Shown here piece by piece: positions 1 to 14,159 of a stretch of DNA of 64,000 nt. A model generated the notes under the pieces. That model made no database searches. It was not told the DNA's origin and saw nothing but the letters and a program-made list of their open reading frames with translations. Position 1 is the stretch's first letter; every line of letters begins with the position of its first letter. This DNA is from Proteromonas lacertae (Eukaryota), in assembly GCA_002245135.1 (NCBI GenBank), contig NGBS01000585.1, positions 124,001 through 188,000 on the forward strand. Direction: 5' to 3'. Position numbers and translations under genes: made by a program.

Positions 1-3000
1 TATCTATAATCAGGCCATTCATCACTAGAATCACCATTACTTTCAGCATATTCTACTGCAGCTTTCCATAAATATATTGAACTGTAACTTGTTTCAAAAA
101 TTTCACCTAATAAAATAGTATTTTGATAAATCTGTTGAATTGAGTATGAAAAAGCACCTGAAGTTGTACTTTTGATTTCTGATGTATAAGGAGAAACGAT
201 ATACGTACCTGAAAGTTTATTTATTGTTTCTTCACTCAAATCATGATAATCATAATTCATAAAGAATATACTGATAGAATCTTTATCAATTGTTGTATCT
301 GAAAAATAATAGGATAAAAACTTCTCTTGTTCTGCACCAGAGAACAAATTAATACATACAAACCTTTCTACATCAACAAATATTGATTTGAACTTGGCAA
401 TAATACCTTCCAAATCATTAGGATTATATGGAGTGAAGAAATGAGAACCAATATAATTAAAACCCTTTTCAATTGCCATATTCTTTATAACATTCTCCAT
501 TATAGTTGTACTATTAGCAGTACTACCAATAACAAACAAATTCAACAATTCCATAGAATGAATATAATTCAATGTTGGTTCAGCTTTTTGGTTAATTGTA
601 ACACCAGTACTTAAAACATATGGAGAACATGTAGCACCATCTTCTCTTCCTAAATAGTCAAATATAACATCACTATTTGCAGCTTCTAAATATCTTTGAG
701 CTTCAGTTCTGCACAATGGAGTCATACAACCAAATATTATCTTCAAATTATCAGTGGATGTCATTATTGTTCTCATTTGCGCATATACTTTTGAAGATAT
801 AATAAAGTAATGATCAGCAATTAATAATCTACCTAAAATACCATTTCCATCATTAATTTCATCAATTGCTATATTCTGAATTAATAAGTTAAATTTCTCA
901 CTTTGTGAACCAATATCACTTTCATGTATAAATGCAACATGAATTGGATCATTATTATGCATTTCACCTAACTCTTTATTCCAATCACATACATAACCTC
1001 TTAAATCTCCATTCCATTGATTATAAAGATCTGGATCAATATATGCTGTTGGATGCCAATTGATTGTAATACTTCTATCTTGAATTGTACCTGAATAAAT
1101 CAATCTTTTCATTACATTATTACCTGCTAATTCAACTGATTCACTTGGAGTATCTATATAATAATCATATAGCAAAGAGAAAGTATCATAGTCAAAACTA
1201 TTAGAATCAGAAACTAATGATTTCCAAAACATTACCATTGTAAATGCAGTTTCAAATTCACTTCTAAAATACTTATCACTACCAATATTAACATGTACTT
1301 CTTGATTAAACTCAGTAGCCAAATAAGGTATTGTAAATGATGTTTTACCAGATACTCCAACAGATTCAAAGTATGTACCTATTACTTGATTACCATTTAA
1401 ACAAGATGGTTCTACTTGATACAGCAGATTCTCATCAAAGAGAGTTGATAATACAACCCAATTGGGAGGTATCATATTATAATTACATAAATCTTTAAAC
1501 AATGATATATATAGTTCATTACTATTCAATGTTGCTATAATATATCCTTTACTATTAGCAATAGATAATCTTTGAAGTTGAGCTGCATTATTATGTCCAC
1601 TATACTTGATATTACCCATCAATAATATATTCAATTCACCTAAATAATCTACCATATAATCATTCAATTTCTCAGTATAATTATCAGGTGAATATACCAA
1701 TACAACTGATGTTGTTTCATCTAATGACTTTTTAATTGCACTTATAGCTATTTGTGATGGATTTAATTCACCAGTTATTACATTTGAAGGACATTCAATA
1801 CTATAAGTATGCCCACAGAAGAAGAAGAATGCTTTTTTATCTTTCATTATTGATGTAATTATTTCATAATGATCTGGACTAACACCTCCAAATATATAGA
1901 CAATACCATTGTTTATTGCTTTGTTTATCAATTCTTCATATTTAATTACATCTGATTGTACATCATATATTTTATAATTCAAATAATAACCTAACACTTG
2001 ACCATTATTATTCAAATAATTAATTGCTGATAATAATGAATCAAACACTGGAGTTTCACTTTCTTTTAAACTGCCAGACAAAGACAATATTATTCCTATT
2101 GTATAAGTATTTACAGCCTTTCCATTACCTATTTGAACATCATCAAAATTACATTTTACATAATTACCATTTTCGTCATTATCAAATGCATCTGGAGTAT
2201 GCATATATTCAGTATAATGTAATAAATGACTAACTACATTTTCATCAATAAAAGAATCAGATATAGTTCTTCTTAAATAATTATTTTCAGCAAATTTTAT
2301 TTTACCCTCTGGACTATTATACTCAATTGATGACATATATTTTCTTACCACACTTGGTTCAAAACTCTTAGCCATTTCAACACCATTTGACCATATCATT
2401 ACACTTGAATATAATGAGGATGTAATATCATTAATAGAAGTTGTTGCTTTGTTAATTCTTTCATTCATACTCTCAGTAAATGCAAGACCTTCTGGTGTTT
2501 CATCCTCTGCTCTAAAAGCTTCAAATACTTCAAAATTCCTGTATTGTGATAATATAATTGTACTTGATGGTTCAACTACTATTAATCTTACATCTGGTTC
2601 ACCTAAACCATATTTTGTTAAATTCGTCTCAATATCAAAGAAACCTTGTGAAAAACCTCTATAGATTATTGCATTCTTTAAATTTCCACTTTTTGTAATG
2701 TCTTCTTTCCACATTTCTAATCTTTTACTAGCATCTTTTACATTATCATAGTAAATAGCATTAACTGATAAATCATGTAACTTCTTATAATAATATTTAC
2801 CAGATTCTTCAAATACCTTTTCAGCTGTAATTATTAATATTTCATCATAAAATCTATTTCTAATTGCATTCAGTAAAGGTTCATCTAATGATACATGATG
2901 ACTACTGATCATCACATTTTCATTACAATAACCAATATCTTGAACTAAGAAATGGAATAGTAAAACATTCTTCTCTTTCAATAAAGGTTCTACAGCATTT

Positions 3001-6000
3001 CTACATTCAACTCTATTAACAAAGAACACTGCGGGGGTGTTTTGGGTATTTATATAAGTTGATAATAAAGAAATACAAGTATCAGGATCAGATTTTGAAT
3101 CATAAATTTCTGGCTTTAATCTATAACCAAATACTCCACCTTTTTTATCATTCAATTCATTTGTTGCTAATTTAAACGCATCAACAGCACCTAATGAAGA
3201 TTCAGATAAACTTCCTGTGATTGGAGCGATTAATAATACTCTTGTAGCCAATACATCATATTGTTCCTTATTAATATCTTTAGACCATGAACATTGTTTA
3301 CCATATGTTGCTTCAATATTCCAATTCCAAGCCATTGGTGTTTGTAGATTATAGTTCTCAGAAACAGTAACAATATCTATTCCATCATCATTATATCTTG
3401 CTATAAAGATTGGAAGTTTTGGATAATGAGTTTCTGTCATTTCGATCATACCTGTACCATCTTTAACAGAAGTTGTTATTAACTGATTTCTTATATCTTC
3501 AATGTTATCGTAACTATTCAAAGCAGTAACTGCTTCATAATAAAACATTACTGATGCATAAGCTGCATTTGTACCAACAGTAGGTTTTGGTAAGTTTCCA
3601 AAATCAGATGTTTTTCTTTTAAACTCTTTATTTGCATCATTATCCAAATCATAGAAATAAGTACCAACTAAATACACACTACCTCTTTGTTCTTCAGTAA
3701 ATGTTTCATAATGTTCAAATTCTGATATTATATCAATGAATCTATATTTCATAACGTCAACACGTAAACTAACACACATTCTTAAAAATGAATGTATTTC
3801 TTGCATATCAGTAACTATAAACATTATTACTCCACCATTTTTAAGATTTCCATTTGTAATACGTGTAATCATATTAGTTGAAACAGGATTTGTATCATCT
3901 ATAGTAATAGTATTTTCAACTACAAATAAACCATCAGCTTCATATTGTACCATTTCACCTAAGTTTTGAGCAATACTATCACCACTTTTTACAATTACCA
4001 TTGATTTTGTTACTTCTAATGTTATTAAATATTCAAGAGTATCAGCAATATATTGATTTGGAACAGGTCCAACATAGAATGTATATTTATCACATTCTTG
4101 TCCTACTGATTTTCTTGGGAAGAAAAATATTGCATTTGATACTTTAGCTATTGGTTGGACTAGTGATCTACAATTACCATCATAACAACCAACAACAATC
4201 TTAACTAACTCATCATCAAATAATTCATGAGCTTTTGATTCAATTAAAGATACATCAGATTCATAATTGCCAATTTTTGCTACTGGCACAGAACCTAATA
4301 TATTTCCTTTAGATATTATTTCTTCAAGAGCAATTAAAACACCAAGTAAAACAGGACGATGAACATTTGCATCTGAACCAGTGGTTGATAATAATATTCC
4401 TATCTTTATAACAGAATACACTGTCTTTTCACCGTATTTAGCTTTACAGTTATACATTTCATTTGGTCCTCTAAATATAGATAAATATGGATCAACAACT
4501 ATATCATTTGTAGTAGAAAATTCACTAAGTAATTGAATATTTCCATTTTCATCTAAAGCTACTTTCCTAATTATAAATGGCGAAGGAATATGATTATTAT
4601 CTTGAAATTTGAATCTTCCTAAAGGTGTAACAACAGAAGTTGTATATAATTGTGGTTCCACAACACTAATATTCATTGTACCTGAATTATCAATAATATT
4701 TTCTAATAAAACCATTGCTGAATAAGCTCTAGCCATTCTATCAGATAATGAAGTCAAATAGGAGAATCTCTTATGCAAATTATTTGTAACAGTTTCTATT
4801 TGTTGAATTGTTTCAGGATCTCCTTTCCCTTCTCTATCAAATCCAGAAACAAAATAATGCCCTACAGCAGCTTCACCTAAATCGTCGATTTGTACAGCTG
4901 TTAAATCAATGCTTAAAATTGGATATAATGCTGAAGATATTCCTTCATCATACATTTGTTGTAATAGATTAGGCGCAGCAACACCTTCAAGCAATGATAA
5001 TATAAGTGCTCCTTCTGGTGCTTTTATTGTTGTTACATCTAAAATTGATGATAAATCATCTGTTTCATCTGGAACTGTAAACTTATAAGTGAATTCTACA
5101 GAGAATGAAGATATTTCACGTTGAATAAATTCAGCAAATGATGATGAATAATGTGATGTACTATATATCAATACCAACACACCAGGATTATTCTCCATAA
5201 TCCAATTATAGGTTGGATAATAAGAAACAAATGGTAAACCCATATTATATCCACTATATAAACAGGAATCTCCTTCATAATTCATTGGTAAAAATAACAA
5301 ACCACCAAAATCTTCAACAGTTTTATATATTGCATCTCTTATATCATTTCCCCATCCTCCAAAATATATTTTAATACCATATTTGTCATGAATCTTTAAA
5401 GTATTTACAATCGCATTCTCTGCTGATCCACCATCTGAGTATATAATCAAAATCAAATAATCACCATTTACTCCTCCTCTATTATTAATATCAGAAACTG
5501 CAGATAATAATGTATTTACAAAAATAATACCTACTTTATATAGATAAGTGGCTGTAGGAATCATTGCTGCAAATAATGTAGAACTTCTTACTAAATCACC
5601 ACCTAAGTGTTCTTGCCAATTACAATATCTATAAACATTAGTATTAAATGAAATTCTATAAGGGTTAGTAGAATAACCACCTGTAACTAAACTTTTGTAT
5701 ATTAAATCACCATTTTCATCAATTGTAGTAATCATAATTGTCTCTGAAAAATGATTAGTTTCTTCCATACTAAGATCACCTAAACAAGATGAAATTTTTG
5801 TCAAATATAATTGGTTTCTTACTGTAGAAACTTCTGAATCAGCAGCATCAGTAATAGATTGAAGCAAAAATGCACAAGCAACAAGATTCAATTCATCATA
5901 GAAATTTGGTGTATATTCACCAGATCCTAATACTTCAACATCATGAAAATATGAACTACACCTTTCACTTCCATCATTTGCAAATGGAGTATAAACAATT

Positions 6001-9000
6001 TGACCAGCTCCACCTTTATCAAACTTTATTTGAGTATCATCAACAATATATAAATGATATTTTTTACTACATTCTATTGGTGTCAATCCTTCTGCTTTGC
6101 ATACTTTATCATTAAATATTTCCAGAAAATCGTTAATGTATTTATTATGTAATAATACAATTATATCCTTAGAAAATATAAATCTATTTCTAATTTCTAT
6201 CAACTGTTTCTTCATTTCATCTTTATAATCACTTGATTCAACATCAATTTCTGCTTCATATGTAAAATCATTATTAACATCAACAAAAATACTTTTCAAA
6301 AAATCAGCTCTACTTCTATACAATCCCCTTTTAGTATATATAAAATGTGGGTTCTTAATAGATTGATAAAGTAAATGCATTCCAATTGGATATATTTCTT
6401 GATATGGCGTTGTTGACAAATAAATAATCTTCTCTAAACATTCTTGGCCAGGATCAACACCAGTGTAAAATAGCACAGAATCAATTGATTCAAAAGCAGT
6501 AACCATATAACTTTTAACTGTTGGATTGCATGCTCCAATAACAAATGGAAATCCTCTAGCCTTCAAATCAATAATTAAAGAAGAAGCATCATTCTTTATG
6601 GTTGGACAGTTATACAATTCATATTTTATTATTGTTCTTCTAATACCTTCATCAATATTCAAAGCTTCTATTTTAGTAACAGCATGTTCATATGTCAAAA
6701 AAGAAGCATAATTGTCAATATCAGTCAAATCTAAAACAAATGCTATACCAATAAATATCTGAGGTTGTTTAATTACATAAGGAGTTACAGAAAAATCTGT
6801 ATATAGGAATTCATCGTTATTCCTTAAGTTATAATATGGTACAGCTGTAATACTAGTAGTCATTTGCACAACAATTGTTTCTTTAGTTTCTTCAATATGT
6901 ATTAAGAATGGATAAACATTCATATAATTTGATCTTGACAGACGAAGTGAACCAACTGGACAATCAATTGTATTATCATAGAAATATGTCCTTAGGTTTA
7001 CAGCAGTTGTTTTATATGAAACGCCTAATGCTTTCAATGCAGTTTGCATCAACAATAATGAATTATAAAATGACATTGTTGTATCATCCAATAGTGTATA
7101 AGCATTTCCTTTATATTTTTGTACATTATTAACTAGGGCTGTATTTAAAATTGTAGTAATTTCAGGTGAATAAGTAGAATAGTAATAACAATTTTTAAAT
7201 AATGTTTGATTCTTGGCGTTTAAATATACTCTTATTGTATAATCCATCAACAATATTTTGAACCTTGAAGTATCATCAACTTCTCGATAATAAGCATCTA
7301 AGAAATCTTCAGTATGAGTAAATATTTGAGAAATAATTATAGTTTTTTCACATCCTGCAGTGTCCTTTACTATTTTTTCTACAATCTCATCAAAATTCGA
7401 ATTATCCTTAACTACTATATCAACTTTTGGTGTTATTCCTAAACCTTGAAGATACAATTTTAAATATCCACCAATATTTTTATTATTAAATGTATTATCT
7501 GATGTTAATAAAACACAATTAAGTGTTTGTTGTAGAAAATAGTGTAAAGGTAATGAGAATAATTGGTTTGGTACTGAATTCACTTGTATTACATTTGGAT
7601 ATTCTTCTTCACCACCACTTATCAAGATTGAAAACAGCAACACATCATATTTTATTAACAAATCACTTATTGCTTCTCTCTCAGTTTTATCATTTGTTCC
7701 TATCAAACACAATGGATTATCGGATATCAACATTCCTTCAACTTTTTCTTTTAAATCATTCATGTCATTCTCATCCCATCCAATCAAGCTAGTAACAACT
7801 CTTTTACCATTTATTCCACCATCTATATTAAACATATCTATTACTATTTCTAATGTATCCAATACAGTAACCCAAGATTGACTGAATCTATTAAATATCA
7901 TTCCAATTCTATAAGGTTCTTCAATTCCTGTAATCATTGAATTATCTGAAAAACTACATAATTCTTCAGGTCCACCAAATGCAAATGACTCTTCTACAAA
8001 TGTCGGTTCATATACTAATTCAGCTTTACCATCTGATTGTAATCTAAATATTTTAATATCACCTCTTGCCATTGCATTTGTATATATTTCATAAATACCA
8101 TAAGAAACTGAACTTGGAATTGTATGATACATATATTCTCTATACAGTGAAGGAGATGTTGAAGATGATGATAATATAGACTAAATAATAATAAACAAAA
8201 TATAAATACATCAATATATAATTCCATTACATTGTAGAGAAATGCCATTGTTGAAGTAATTGGAATATTCTCATTAAAAATATCACTTAAAAACTTATGA
8301 AATGTCTCTAAATTTTCTGATCCTAATTCATTACTACTATGCTGAATCATTAAAGATCCGCTGACCTATTTATAACAATTACATAAATAAATAAATAAAT
8401 ACTAAATCATATCCTAACCCTTTAGCTATTAGTTGATTCATATTCATTGCTATTATTTCATAATTGTTCTCTTTAGTGATATTCCATTTTTTAAATGTTT
8501 TAAATAATACTTCCAAGTATGATGATTCACAAGTAAGAATAACGATTGTTCCTTCTATTCAATAATAATAGAATAATATTTATTAATACGATCTTTAAAA
8601 GTACTATAAATAGTAGCAGCTGTTCTATTTGCTTCAGCTTCTGTTGTATTATCAATATTCATTTCCAATATTTTCTCACCATCCATTTGCTGAGATATAA
8701 AATATTCTTTCATGTAAATTCTTGCAGATTTACCAAACAGATCTGTTGTTCCAACTATTGTAGAGTTTTCATAACCTGAGTTTCTGGTATATTTGTATAT
8801 TTCTCTTGTATAACTTTCTTTATTGAAATTAGCAAATAATACATTCAAATAACACACTCTACCTTCGTTTGGTCCGAAATAAATAATCTCAAAGTTATTT
8901 TCGTTTTTAAATTCTGTATAGATTGCTTCTCTATCTTCAGAACTTGTTAATATAAAAAGAGTATTAACATTTTTATTCTCAAAATAATCACGAATTTTTG

Positions 9001-10464
9001 GAATAATTACATTCAATCCTTTATCTCTATTTATTAAAATAGGATGTAATTCTTTACCAAGAGTATCTTTCTATTCAATTTATAAAACATAATATATATA
9101 TATATATATATATATACATTAGCATTTAAATCATCAAATAATAAAGTGATAAAAGTCCATAATATTTTTGATTCATAAGTTGTCATATCAGATAATATCA
9201 TAACAGGCAAATAATCAGGATTTATAAAACCAGTATCAGGATTTTCACTATAATCACATAACTGTTCGTCCATTATTGACTCATATTGATTAGGTTCAAT
9301 TGAATTATCAATGGGTATTGTATAATCATAAACATACTTTGCATTGCCACTTTTTTCAATAATGTGATAGATATAATGTGTTGTAGCCATATAATGACTG
9401 TCTAATAATACGATTTCACCACTTGTGTAATCAAATAATTTATCATATACGAATGTAAACATTGTAAATATCTTTGGAGTTGGAACAGCACTATCAGCAT
9501 ATGCTAAAATATCCAACATAGCAAATGCAATTGAAGCAACATCTTCTCTTGCTGTAGCTTTAAATGGTTCAAATAGTATTTTAAATAATTTATTTTTTTC
9601 AGTATCTAAATCTTTATTATATGATGTGATTGAATAGGTTGAAGCTAAATCAGCTATATTAACACCAGGTGTTTCAAGTACATTTTTCAATGATATACCA
9701 CCTTCATACAATAACATTGGAAATTTATCTATATCATTATAATCTGTCGCTCTATCTGTTTGTATTTTTATTAAATCATCTGCTTTCTTCAACAATAATA
9801 ATGTTACAACACCTTCAGTTTTATATTTAGACAAAACATCAATATATTCAGTTATTTTATCAGCTGTAATTGTTTCATTATGAATATCAAATACTATTTC
9901 ATCGGCGTATAAATCTATTTCGTGTAAAATATGACTATAATAAAAATCACAAATAGCAACTTCTTTATCGAAGATTATTGCATAATACTTTGAATGTAAT
10001 GAACTGAGAATAAAAATGGCTATTTAAACAGAAATAAACAAAATATAAAATATACACAATTCCATTGGAGTTATAACTGATATACCAGGGATCTTATTCT
10101 TTGGACAGCCACCATCTGTATATAAATCGTAACACCATAACACTGTGCCATTACCAGCAATATATTCTTCCAATTGCTCATTTACATTTTCTGCACAATT
10201 TGCTATAGCCACTGTCATTGAATCATCTGCTAAATCTTTAGCAAAGGTGGGAGAATCTTCTGCTAAGTCAGTTACGGCAAACTCTGTAGCCATATTTTTA
10301 CTTAATTCATCAGAAAATGCTTTAAGTATATCGTAATTAACACTATGTAAGTGTGGACTTATATACCCTATCTTAATAGATGTGGCAAATGAAATAAATA
10401 TAAGAAATAACAATATTTTAATTTTATTTCTTATTAAATACATCCTAAATAAAATAACTGACAT
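1..10464 (-). CDS. Giant multi-Venus-flytrap (9x PBP1, UrtA/AmiC-like) receptor, paralog A; 3'-truncated by the window edge, before the expected 7TM
   Basis: Hydrophobic N-terminus (ILLFLIFISFATS-IKIGY). Introns at about 10020-10055, 9071-9117, 8554-8589, 8366-8403 and 8181-8209. The final exon from 8180 to <1 is in the same frame at both ends, and no stop-terminated ORF is listed in that frame. Repeated 'IN..GG.(L/N)G' motifs and YFGGWGNDIRDAIYK...LFLPMNYEG. The left edge reads SYSSIYLWKAAVEYAESNGDSSDEWP, matching AYSTIYLWKAAVEYSTDYSSDEWP of paralog B. The start could also be 10443. Confidence 0.88.
9092..9116. repeat. (TA)n microsatellite inside an intron of receptor paralog A
   Basis: Direct reading. 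Similar intronic (TA)n runs occur at about 17577-17590, 18288-18307 and 61555-61580. Confidence 0.85.
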
Positions 10465-10574
10465 TATCGTTTCGATAATTATTTTGGCTTGACACTTATA
10501 CCTGAAAAAATGAAATATAGTGATTCTGACTGGTATATATGAAATTCTTATACTTCTTCCCATATTTCTGCATA

Positions 10575-11983
10575 ATGAATACATTGGAGTGAATATATAT
10601 TTACTTAGGGATTATAAATTCAAAATAATACTTGTTGGTGATACAATGGTAGGTAAAACATCATTAATGATGATTTATGCCAATAATAGGTGTGCAGAAA
10701 TTTTTATAGATAGTGTTGGTATAGATAGTGTATTTGTGCCTGTAATCATTTTATTTTAGAAATATAAAATCATTGAAATTGATGGTAAAAGAATAAGGTT
10801 GGAATTTGTATTGTTGTTTAAATTATAAATATTTAGTGGGATACTGCAGGTCCAGAGCGTTCTAATGCTATTACAAAATCATATTACAAAGACACTGATG
10901 GCATTATTATTGTGTATGATGTTACTAATAGAGGAAGTTTTGATAATATTAAAGAAAGGATTGATGATATTCATAAGTATAAATTCCATATATTAATGAT
11001 ATAGATATGCTCCAGAAAATGTACAACGTTTATTAGTAGGAAACAAATGTGATTTAACAGCTAAGAGAATTGTTACATATGAGCAAGCTAAAGAATATGC
11101 TGATAGTTTAGGAATTGAAGTAATTGAAACATCTGCAAAGAATGCTACAAACGTAGAAAAAGCTTTCTTAGCAATGGCTACTCAAATATTAAGTAATAAA
11201 AATGAAGAAGAGAGTTATCCTGATAATAAAATGAAGAGAAAGAATGTTTTAATTGGTGTGACAGGAAGTGTAGCTGCTGTTAAAGTATATGAATAAGATT
11301 TATATTTTGTATTTAATAGATATCAGAATTAGCAGTAAAAATAAATGAATTTGCCAATGTATTAATATTGAGATATTTTTAATGATTAGGTTAAAATAAT
11401 CTTGAGTAAATCAGCTGAACATTTTTATAACATATCTGATGAGTATTTTTTTATATACTTTCACCCATAGTTATAATCATGAATATTACAAAAGATTGAA
11501 GAAAGAGAAAATAGAAATATACAGAGATGAAGATGAATGGAAGAAATATAAACATATAAAAGAAGATAAAGTCCTTCACATTGAAGTATAATAGATATAA
11601 TATATAGTATAATTGAATAGTTAAGAAATTGGGCTGATTTGTTCTTAATAGCACCATTATCATGTGATTCATTAGCTAAATGTTCAAATGGATTGTGTGA
11701 TAATTTACTTGTATTTGTGATTGATATATTGTTTTTATAGACATGTGTAGCTCGTGCTTGGAATTTTTCAAAACCAATATATGTAGCTCCAGCGATGAAT
11801 ACAGGCATGTGGAATCATCCAATTACAGAAACTCAGTTGAATATATTGAAATCATGGGGATATGAAGTAATATACCCAAAAGAGCAAATATTAGCTTGTG
11901 GAGAATATGGAATTGGAGCAATGGAGAGTGTTGATATAATATGTGAAAAAATTAAGAAAAAACTAAAGTCAATAAGTGAATAA
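10575..11983 (+). CDS. Rab1-like small GTPase fused in frame to phosphopantothenoylcysteine decarboxylase (PPCDC/HAL3/CoaC flavoprotein)
   Basis: Spliced translation gives [21 protein letters not shown] and ETSAK. With no stop it continues ...[67 protein letters not shown]. It has several 20-35 nt introns. Confidence 0.8.
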
Positions 11984-12022
11984 AATTATATAATTATGTA
12001 TGTATATATGCATTTATTTATT

Positions 12023-14121
12023 TTAAAATAATGTTGTGAAAATACTTGGATGATAAGGTTTGTAGTAATTATAAGCACATACTTCAGAATTTCCAGAATA
12101 GAATATATCTCCAGCTTCTATACGCTTTTCTTTGTTCTTTTTTAATTTAACAAATGTACCTGTCTTCGATTGTAAATCTTGCAAAAGCCATTTACCTTCT
12201 ATATACTCAATTTTACAGTGTCTTAAACTCAACGATGTTTCAGGTATTTGAACCATCGTATCTCCTCCTTTACATCCTATTGTATTCACTCGACTATTCA
12301 AATAATACTTCCATCCTCTCACTGGACCTGTTAATGATTGAATACCAATATAAAAACCATAAGATTGCAGTTGGTAAGCAAATTCTAAATACTCCTCAGA
12401 ACTAATTTCACCTTCTCTTTTTGGTGCATCTGTATCTGGTGGCGGTTCTTCTTCTTTTCTACTTCCTTTTACACTCGTTTGTATTTCATCATCACCTTCT
12501 TCTTTAAATGCATTTTTGTGTTGATCAAGATTTGATTTGGCTTTAAATATTGTATTTATACCTTTCTTTTTCTCTTTTGGTTCTTCTTTCTTTTCCTCTT
12601 TCTTTTCTTCCTTTTTAGATTCACCACCATCACCACCATTCTCTTGTTCAGCTTTTGATCTTCTTATTTGTTCTTCAAGTTCAATCTCTTTATCATCATT
12701 CTCTTCATCTTGTTTTTTCTAATTATTATATATATCAATATACTCTTAAAAGTTTTTGTAATGAACTAGCAGTACTATCTCTAAATTGTTTTAATGGAGG
12801 AATATAATGATTTAATCCTTCAATTGGACCTAAAGCAGAAACCATCTCATCTCTGTTAATTTCTAACATTATACAATCAGTTTTGGTTGTGATTGTATTT
12901 TTATGAGGAATATTTCTAATCAATTGATATTCATTAAAGAATTTATTTTGTGTAAGCGTTGTTTTATCATCCAATTCAACTGTTCCTAATTGAATAAAAT
13001 AACAATTACCACTAATCTTGCCTCTTTCAATTAACACTGTTTTTGGTTTATAATTAATCTGTTTAAATGATAATGCAAGATTCAACATTGCATCTTCAGA
13101 TAAATTACAGAATAATGGGTGTTTATTTAACTGTGCTAATAATAAACGAGTTTTATCTTTCTGTTTCTGTAATATATCAGCTGATTCAGTTGCTATTTCA
13201 AATACCTGGAAAGCTGAATTACCAATTCTAAATACATCACCTTGCTTTAAGGTTACTGGAATATTGAAATATCTTGCCCAAGGTATTGTTTCACCTTGAG
13301 CTGGACATCTTCCAACTAATTGATAAATTGATCTTAAACGACTGTCTTCAACTGCTTTTATATAGAATCTATTACACTTTGCATAGATTGTTGCTTGTGT
13401 TGCAGCTATTTCCATATCATCAATGTTAATATAACAATTCTTACTTCTACCTAAATAATGTTGCATACTTTTAGATAATGTTGTTGCATATGGAGGAAAT
13501 ACAAAACTTTCAGCATTATATTGATATTTACGTCTTGATTCTCGAAGTTTTGTTACTTTTATTGCCATACTGTCCCATTCAGTATCAGGATCAATACTAA
13601 ATCCAACTTCATAAGTGTTTAAGAATATACGATCAGATGGTAATATTGGAATCTATAAATATGAATAATAAAAAGCGATAATATTTATACAATTCTTATT
13701 AAATCCATTCTTGTTGAAAGACTTGGCTTACTAGCTAAATCTTCCCACCAAATTTCACCATCTTCACTGTATATTTTTACTTGTACTTTAGCAGCTCTAT
13801 CATCTTTAATAACTACTTGACATTCATTGGAACAACCAATTAATATTGGTAATCCTTTAGGTTCAATTGTGAAGTCTTTGGGAGGATTATCACCTTGTGT
13901 TATTGTAAATGTTACTTTGTCAATATAAATGTCTTCTTTTGTTGTTTCATATACTGTTAAATCAGGCATTGATCTTCTCAATAATTGTTCTATTATTAAA
14001 TAATATTTTATAATAATTTATGAACTAATACGTGTATGCTCTTCTAATTTAACAGTTGTATGATTATCAGGTTGAATTTCTTCAACATCACCAAACTTTA
14101 TCTTCATTTTCTTCTTCTTTC

Positions 14122-14159
<38 letters not shown>

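Noticed and set aside
2024..7792. Short plus-strand ORFs listed in the track between 2 and 8 kb
   Set aside because: They are antisense shadows of the long minus-strand receptor exon and show no protein-like motifs.
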